From contig NW_014577089.1 in NCBI RefSeq assembly GCF_000485595.1, positions 243,770-273,331 on the forward strand: 29,562 nt of DNA, given 5' to 3'. The translations under genes and the position numbers were made by a program. This DNA comes from Priapulus caudatus (lineage: Eukaryota). Positions 21,892 through 29,562 of this stretch are shown here, piece after piece; within the stretch, counting starts at the first letter, position 1; every line of letters begins with the position of its first letter. A model generated the notes under the pieces. It was given only the letters and a program-made list of their open reading frames with translations, was not told where the DNA came from and searched no databases.

Positions 21892-22707
21892 GGCTGTGTT
21901 AGGTGTTAGTTATTGACTGATCTGTTCGTTGCGCTTCGAGTTACAGTTCTGTTCGTTGATCATGTTTCGGGTTAATTGTGATGGGTATACGGTGAGCTTT
22001 TAGGCGGACTTGCTTTAGGTATAACAGCGTAATTTCTTCTATGGGGATCGGCGAGCCATCGTTATTATACGTATACAGTAGTATGAGTCTCCTTCAATGA
22101 TGGCCAGCCAAGTCTTGGTTTGTTCCAGTAGTCGCTTAATTGTGCAGAATAGAACTTCTATTTAATAATATTACAACAGCGCCTGCAAATTATATATTTA
22201 ATGTGATAAAGCAACAAAGTAATGCGAAGCCGCACGTTGAACATGATTTCTTGGCCATTCAGAATGTGGTATGATTAGACCTAAAAGTAATACTGGTAAA
22301 ACTGAGTCTTCACACGAATTTTTGTTCACCCGAAGTCTGCATGTCTTGTGGTCTGCCATACCAAAATTCGGCACATGGGTGTTGTCATACAGATGCTATT
22401 ATAAGATCTCTATGGTTATTGTATTATATATTGTTGTTCTTTTATAGCGATATGTCCACCTGGAGGCGTTGCCACATTATATTGCATAGGTCTAGACGGC
22501 GTGTTAGTTGAGATCAAATACTGTATACAATGAATAATAGAGCCATGTACAAAGCAAGTTGATTGATTGTGAACCGCTGTATCACATTTTTATTCAAGAC
22601 GTTATTGGTGTACGTAATTTGCACGAAATTGCACCAGAAAGTATAAATAGGACACATTTTATGCAGGCTAACGGCCGTGTCTACATCAATAGACCAAATA
22701 TATAGAG

Positions 22708-22708
<1 letters not shown>

Positions 22709-22739
<31 letters not shown>
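22709..22739. repeat. (GATA)n microsatellite
   Basis: Directly visible. Confidence 0.9.
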
Positions 22740-23182
22740 CTCTATTCTATATCTTTGAGTAGACTCAGCGCAAGGCTTCATTATTTTCATGCAACTGCGG
22801 CATTCGTGCACGTTGGACTAATTCACAGGATAATTATTATGGCACACGAGTCCGCATTTTATCATTACTGGTGGCCGAATGCAAACAGTTTGCGGGTATT
22901 TCTGTTTCCAACTGATAATTATGGATATGTGATTGTTCTCGCGGAAAACGTGATGAGGCGAATCTTCACAACCAAGCAGGGCGGTAATGTATGCGCTTTC
23001 ATTCTACGTTTGCGCCATTGGCTGTGCCGGCAGTGACGTCAGCGATAAATGACGGATGAAAAGGCTGCGTATCCTTTACTCATGTGACATAACCTTCGGC
23101 ATCACGTCTCTAAATTGTAAGTCAGTCCTGGCCTCCAGTGTATGGTATACGGTGTATGCGGTACTTCTTGGATAGAGAATGT

Positions 23183-23217
23183 CACACACACACACACGCA
23201 CACGCACACGCACACGC

Positions 23218-23254
<37 letters not shown>
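23183..23254. repeat. (CA)n/(CACACG)n microsatellite abutting gap 23255-24072
   Basis: Directly visible. Confidence 0.95.
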
Positions 23255-24521
23255 NNNNNNNNNNNNNNNNNNNNNNNNNNNNNNNNNNNNNNNNNNNNNN
23301 NNNNNNNNNNNNNNNNNNNNNNNNNNNNNNNNNNNNNNNNNNNNNNNNNNNNNNNNNNNNNNNNNNNNNNNNNNNNNNNNNNNNNNNNNNNNNNNNNNNN
23401 NNNNNNNNNNNNNNNNNNNNNNNNNNNNNNNNNNNNNNNNNNNNNNNNNNNNNNNNNNNNNNNNNNNNNNNNNNNNNNNNNNNNNNNNNNNNNNNNNNNN
23501 NNNNNNNNNNNNNNNNNNNNNNNNNNNNNNNNNNNNNNNNNNNNNNNNNNNNNNNNNNNNNNNNNNNNNNNNNNNNNNNNNNNNNNNNNNNNNNNNNNNN
23601 NNNNNNNNNNNNNNNNNNNNNNNNNNNNNNNNNNNNNNNNNNNNNNNNNNNNNNNNNNNNNNNNNNNNNNNNNNNNNNNNNNNNNNNNNNNNNNNNNNNN
23701 NNNNNNNNNNNNNNNNNNNNNNNNNNNNNNNNNNNNNNNNNNNNNNNNNNNNNNNNNNNNNNNNNNNNNNNNNNNNNNNNNNNNNNNNNNNNNNNNNNNN
23801 NNNNNNNNNNNNNNNNNNNNNNNNNNNNNNNNNNNNNNNNNNNNNNNNNNNNNNNNNNNNNNNNNNNNNNNNNNNNNNNNNNNNNNNNNNNNNNNNNNNN
23901 NNNNNNNNNNNNNNNNNNNNNNNNNNNNNNNNNNNNNNNNNNNNNNNNNNNNNNNNNNNNNNNNNNNNNNNNNNNNNNNNNNNNNNNNNNNNNNNNNNNN
24001 NNNNNNNNNNNNNNNNNNNNNNNNNNNNNNNNNNNNNNNNNNNNNNNNNNNNNNNNNNNNNNNNNNNNNNNNGGAGAACAATGAGGGGAAGGAGCATAGA
24101 AGTAGGATGCGAGGCGCAGGAGCGAATAGATAGTCGATAAATAGACCTGAGGCTAACTATTGTGGTTGATATTTTATTTTATTTTTTTATTGTATTGTAG
24201 GCCCATATGTATTTTATTACTTGGAATTTATAGCTTTACACTATTACATTCATTAGATTTTTTCCTCGTGAAATATGAAATTATGGATATATGATCAAGA
24301 GCGTATTAAGAAGGACCTCTTGATAGAATGTATGTATGTATATATATATATTATTATATAGGCTAATTATAAATTATATACATATATATGGAAACATGGG
24401 TTACGATGTATTCGGTACATGTACTTGCATTACATGCAATAATGATTTAATAATAATAATAATAATAACAACTAGTTCCAACGATCTACTCCTACTACTG
24501 CTCATATTGCCTCATAAGGTC

Positions 24522-24780
24522 TGTCTCCCTGGGTAGGCCCCTATACTGCCGGACACTGCGGCTGTTGTTGTTGTTGCTGCTACTAATGTTGCTACTAACT
24601 GCTGTTGTTGTTGCTGCTACTAATGTTGCTAATAACTGTTGTTGTTGTTGCTGCTACTAATGTTGCTACTAACTGCTGTTATTGTTGCTGACATTATTGT
24701 GTTGATTGTTGATTGTTGATATTATTGACTGTTGTTATGGACAACAGCAGCCGCAGTGTACGGCAGTACCCAGGGAGACA
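24522..24780. mobile_element. Fold-back element with GTT/GCT minisatellite core
   Basis: TGTCTCCCTGGGTA...CTGCCGGACACTGCGGCTGTTGTTG pairs with CAACAGCAGCCGCAGTGTACGGCAGTACCCAGGGAGACA. Interior is a tandem unit of about 37 bp. Confidence 0.75.
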
Positions 24781-26709
24781 TATACACCCTATCAGCCCTA
24801 CTACTACTACACCCGCTCCCTGGATCATTGTATTATAGCGATTTTCGATTGCCGTATACTTGGCCAGTTGCAGGACCTCTCACCGCGCACGACTTGTATC
24901 CCGAGATCGAGAAATGTAGTGGAACTCGTATCGATTTTGTTTTCCTCAAATCTTGTCCTACACCACATTTGGCCTTTCCTGACCCATTGACCTGAGGTTT
25001 TAGCGGATTGCTCCTTCTACATGCGAAACGCGAACACCTAAAGTAAATCCGTATAGATTTGTACTGCTACTGTTCATGGATGATCATGAGCGGAATGATA
25101 CTCGTGCTATTCTAGCTACATCTGCCCAATATCTGAGACTGATAGGTCAAATAGGTTTAGTCTTCTCTTATAGAGTGGCTCCAAACGTCTCTGTTGCTGC
25201 CATGTGTCGACTCTCAACGACCAACGAGTAAGTTGTTTACTCGTCTAGAGTGAAATGTTAACGGAACAGCTATAGTATAGCTTTATCTTTTCCAATCTTA
25301 CAGGATTCATTGGAGATACGTTTCTCACTCTTTTTGAGGCATTAAAACAATAAGCCACTATGTTTTAGGCAATGGTAAATTAATGACATAAAAATTTAAA
25401 TGTATGTCATGCCGCTGCAAGGTTTGCAAGGAGGTATTTACATAAAGCTCGATGTGCATTTGACTGCACATATCACGAATATGAAGCGTAGATGAAGCAC
25501 GGACGCAAGCCATTGGTAGGATATATATTCCTTATATATTATGTTGGGAAAGAAACCTTAATATTTTTAATAGGTCTCTAATAAAATAACACACTCACGT
25601 AAAAAGTGAACACAGATGTTAAACATAAAATTATATATTACGTATATTGTCCATTGAATTATTACAGAAAAACCACTTACTTCAAAATATCACAGGAAAC
25701 TTCTACACGCCACTAAACAGGTACCAAAAAATATAACCAGACAACAATGTACTAATTGCAAATAGGTTAAAAGCAAACAACCTACAGAAGGTTTACTTCA
25801 GCTGTTGGCTTACCATATTGATATTTAAAAAAAAATTCCAACACAGTTTGTGTACGCAGGTAGGTAGGTAGCATTGCAAAACTTAACCCACTCACTAACA
25901 TATTTTCTGCAAACAAAGCAAGATAGTAATGATGAAATTATAATTACTTATAATTTTTAAATATACATGTAATTGAGAGTATCACAGGTGGGAACTGCTA
26001 GTACATGTATGTAATAATGATACTAAATTGCAGCAATCAGCTTGTTGCATCACCAATATCCATGATTCATTGTTTGGTAATCATCCACCAAAAAGGAACG
26101 AACAGTCGGGCATGTACTTGAGAGCTCTCTTCTATGCTACGAGCCACTATGCTACGATATACCCTTGTATCAGACCACAACAAAACACATGCATGTATTT
26201 CAAGTTCAACACTGCAAAGTAATGACAAATGGAACAATTAAAAGTACATAGGGAAAACCCAATGAATTTAATTAAATCCAATTACAAACTACCTTTGGTT
26301 AAGCTTAAGAGATTTGAAAATACACTTAAAATACTTATAATAGAGGGGCACAACTTTGGAAAGGGATTCCATCCATGATGTATCCCAATTATGGTTTGCT
26401 ATAGTGTATCTCGTGGCATAGACTTGAATACAACATTAACACATACCGTCGATGTAACAAGTAAGAATAGAAAACTCAGATAAATGACTAGAGCTTGAAG
26501 TAAAAAAATAAAGCTATAATTCATCTTTGTTCTTGACAGCAACATGCAAAATGATGCAGCATCGTCTTACACCGTATAAACGTGGGCAGCACATGACCAA
26601 AACTTGGTTGAAACTGCATATACATGCCAACCATGCATAGATCATATATTTCTTAACAGCACAACACATACACAGGCAAAATTTCCCATTGCCATTGACG
26701 TGCAACAAA

Positions 26710-27233
26710 TTATACGACGCTGGTTTCTAGTAGACTTTTACTGCCAGCATTTCCATTCACTTTAACGTCAGCAGATGGCAGCACGGGTATAACAGTATTA
26801 GGCATGCCATTTATGTCCACAGGTACGTAGGTGGGCATGCTATATTTGTCACTGTACCGTCCACTAGACGTCGTAGTGAACACGCCCTCACCAATGCCCA
26901 CCACTGGTGACGATCCTGTACACGAGCCCACGTTCATTGCGTGAGTTGACAGCTCCGTGAGTGACTCAGCAGTATCAGTGTTGTAATCACTGGCCGGCGG
27001 TGGTGATTGCACGTCTATCACACAGGAGGGGGACTTCATGGGAGGCAGAATCACCATGTTTGGCACCAAAGCACTGCCTTTTCCGGGCGGATGTGCCCTT
27101 GGAATATCAATAGGACTAGTCGTCAGTGTTGCCGTTGGTACAATGCCACAGTTGGACGAAGTGGCATCTATGGCATTGGAGACTGCCACAGGCTTCTCCA
27201 CGCTGTTCTCAACTTTCGTAATACCAACGCAGT
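26710..27233 (-). CDS. Terminal coding exon of an unidentified gene; S/T/P-rich tail ending ...SLLETSVV*
   Basis: Acceptor TTCTATCTTTCAG|AC at 27233; 173 open codons to TAA at 26710; GC-richer than flanks. Phase matches the 28417 donor (G+AC=Asp). Confidence 0.8.
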
Positions 27234-27889
27234 CTGAAAGATAGAAGTATGCTTCATGATGACAGCTGCTACTCTTTATATGGGGAATTCACACCTCAGA
27301 CACAGAAATATTAGTCGGCATACACTCACTCAATATAAGTCCGCTATATTCACGTTGATTACACGAAAAGACAAACAAGAGCCGCAGAGCATCTGGGCTC
27401 ATCTGAGGTCTGTTGCTATGGTTACAAACATAACATTTAAGTCGTGCGTAGTGACACCTTTGTTAGGCGCAGATATGCAGATACGCAGTTGCGTACACAT
27501 CATTTCAGCAACCTGCATTCTGCATACCTCCCAAATCCCATTGGTTAATACAAATCGCGTGCCTGAAACTCCTGTTTTATGGTGCATTGTGACCCTAACC
27601 CCAACCCTATTAAAAAAAAAATTATTTGTTGTTATGAAATTGTTGTAAATAAATCAAGTAAATATTTGCGTTAATTGGAAAAAAATAGTTAAATGGATAA
27701 AGATAGAAAAATACAGAAAACAGGTAAATAATAAAAAATCTTATTGGCTTTCCAGATTATGGATGTGCCATGAATATGAGAACACTGTGACATTATTGAG
27801 GCAGTTCAGGAATCCATGTTTAACCCTCCTCTTGAGGGTCAAAAGGTTATCAGACACTTACTCTTCGCACGTCAGTGGAAAGCACATTT

Positions 27890-28395
27890 CATGGTCCTTT
27901 CAATAAAGTGATAAAAATGGTAGGTCAGCGCTAAAACAAAAAAGTTTTCCACTCTGTCCGTTAGCCCATGTCCTCAGAAAATGTCTGATATCTGACCTTT
28001 CTCCCACTGCCCTTTGACCTGTGACCTCTAATTTCGCACTGGTGATGGGTTTCCTGCCCATCACACTATACACCGAATATTAAGAGCATAGGTCAAGCCG
28101 TTAAGATTTGTACCGCAATTCCGTATTTCCTCCTATACCTTAAGTTAAGGGAGAAATATTCCCCCTCCGTTTACACATCTTCACCTTTGACCCTTGACCC
28201 CCAAATTTGTCATCCTGAGTTATTTTCACGATCCCAGACGTCCCTAATATCGTGACCGTACGTTGAGCGGTTAAGATTTGTGCCCAACTGTTGACGCACG
28301 GACGGACGCACGCACGCACGCACGGACGGACGGACGCACGGACGGACGCACGCTAAAAATGAATTTCTGCGCAATGAATTCATGGCAATGCACAA
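27890..28395 (+). mobile_element. Tsp/pearl-like non-autonomous element in the last intron of gene 2
   Basis: Repeated TGACCTT/TTTGACC motifs, duplicated GTTAAGATTTGT, (ACGG/ACGC)n at 28293-28352 and terminal inverted repeat GAATTTC...GAATTC. Confidence 0.55.
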
Positions 28396-28416
28396 CAGTC
28401 ATGCAATGCAGCCTAC

Positions 28417-28477
28417 CTGAAATTGCACCATTAGCTTGGTGTTCGCTATTATTTTGTCCAGTGTCTGTATTAGTCAC
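28417..28477 (-). CDS. Penultimate exon of the same unidentified gene: VTNTDTGQNNSEHQANGAIS(D)
   Basis: Acceptor TTTCCTATTTTCTAG|GTG and donor CAG|GTAGG; 61 nt, in frame with the 27233 exon. Remaining exons presumably lie beyond the window end. Confidence 0.7.
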
Positions 28478-29562
28478 CTAGAAAATAGGAAATACCTGTT
28501 ATCATTGCTGCAGCATCATGCTGCGCACCTGGCACTAGAGCTTAATTACATGCCATGCTAATCTTGTCTATTAGGATGTTGCGGTCGAATGACAGACTGT
28601 ATGGTTATACGGAATATACCCAGTTGAAATATCGTGAAAATCAGCTGTACTGCTAACTAATGTAAACTAGTATATATAGTAAGTAAACCAAAAGGAAGGT
28701 AATAAATCGTTTTATCGTAATACTATTTCTATGGCGCACATACTATACCAGTAACTACTAAGTTCATCTCGATATGCTTTGTGTAGCTAGTGACCAGTAG
28801 CATCAAAATCTAGCAGTTTATCTCACAGAACACAGACTTGAATCTGAATTCACAGCAAGTGAAAATGACATATCTACGTACATGGGGCATTTACAATTAT
28901 CAGCATTATACTGCAAGCATACAGACTGTACACTTTTCTCCTTACTCTCCTCCTCCCCAAGTGCACGAAATGAATTCTCAATCAAATATGTAACAATAGC
29001 ATACAGCGGCCATTATTACCACTCCCCACAAGTGTACGATTCGCACGTTTGTGATAATGTTTGTTACTATGAGCATCCCCTAAACACTGATGATAATGTT
29101 GCTCTGGCCTGATACACAACATACGTTGTACAATATAATATGAAAAGTTAGTTGCTTCCATAACAATTCGGTCAGACATTGTAGATGGAGAGAGAAAGAG
29201 AAGTCTTATTGCTTGTTTTATTTGTAAAATTACTTAACACCATTATTACAATTTTGTCAAAACATTTCTGCCTTCTATTTGCTATAAAAATTAAGCTGGT
29301 AATTTCCACACTCAATGTTTTTTAACATATATATTTGAAATAAGCCAAGTTACTGAAGATATAATATATATATAGTCTATTTATGTAGGAAAAGAGCAAG
29401 AAGATAATTTTACAACATAATACATAATCTATGACAATTACAATACCATTGCAAAACAAAAATCTTGAAAAATTTAAATCACCTTCTATTCAGAAAATAC
29501 TTAATGGGAGAGTTTACTCTAGGTTCTAGGGTTATTTTCAGCTAATTTAGGTTATAATTACG

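Noticed and set aside
23102..24140. Several ORFs of about 300 aa
   Set aside because: Artefacts of (CA)n and the N-gap.
28800..29200. Further upstream exons of gene 2
   Set aside because: No phase-compatible acceptor/donor pair with an open frame could be supported.

Overview
AT-rich, repeat-dense animal (probably marine invertebrate) genomic DNA from a draft assembly with three N-gaps (2433-2442, 16393-17149, 23255-24072). It holds one complete 4-exon minus-strand gene (CDS 20235-19574, 14357-14222, 12097-11968, 11520-11435; 337 aa) for a membrane-anchored JmjC/cupin-like protein with an intact HxD...H motif. It also holds the last two exons of a second minus-strand gene (28477-28417, 27233-26710) and a decayed, intron-containing Merlin/IS1595-type transposase (7011-6459) with related fragments at 1-700 and 2145-3720. 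Many MITEs and simple repeats fill the rest. The most striking unexplained pattern is at least 8 tiny (16-54 bp) palindromes with CAAGAG/CAGGAG/CATAG ends, each flanked by an exact 7-8 bp target-site duplication, which look like P-superfamily micro-elements or excision footprints. All calls come from manual reading and translation; no database searches were run. Most other ORF-track entries are repeat or gap artefacts.
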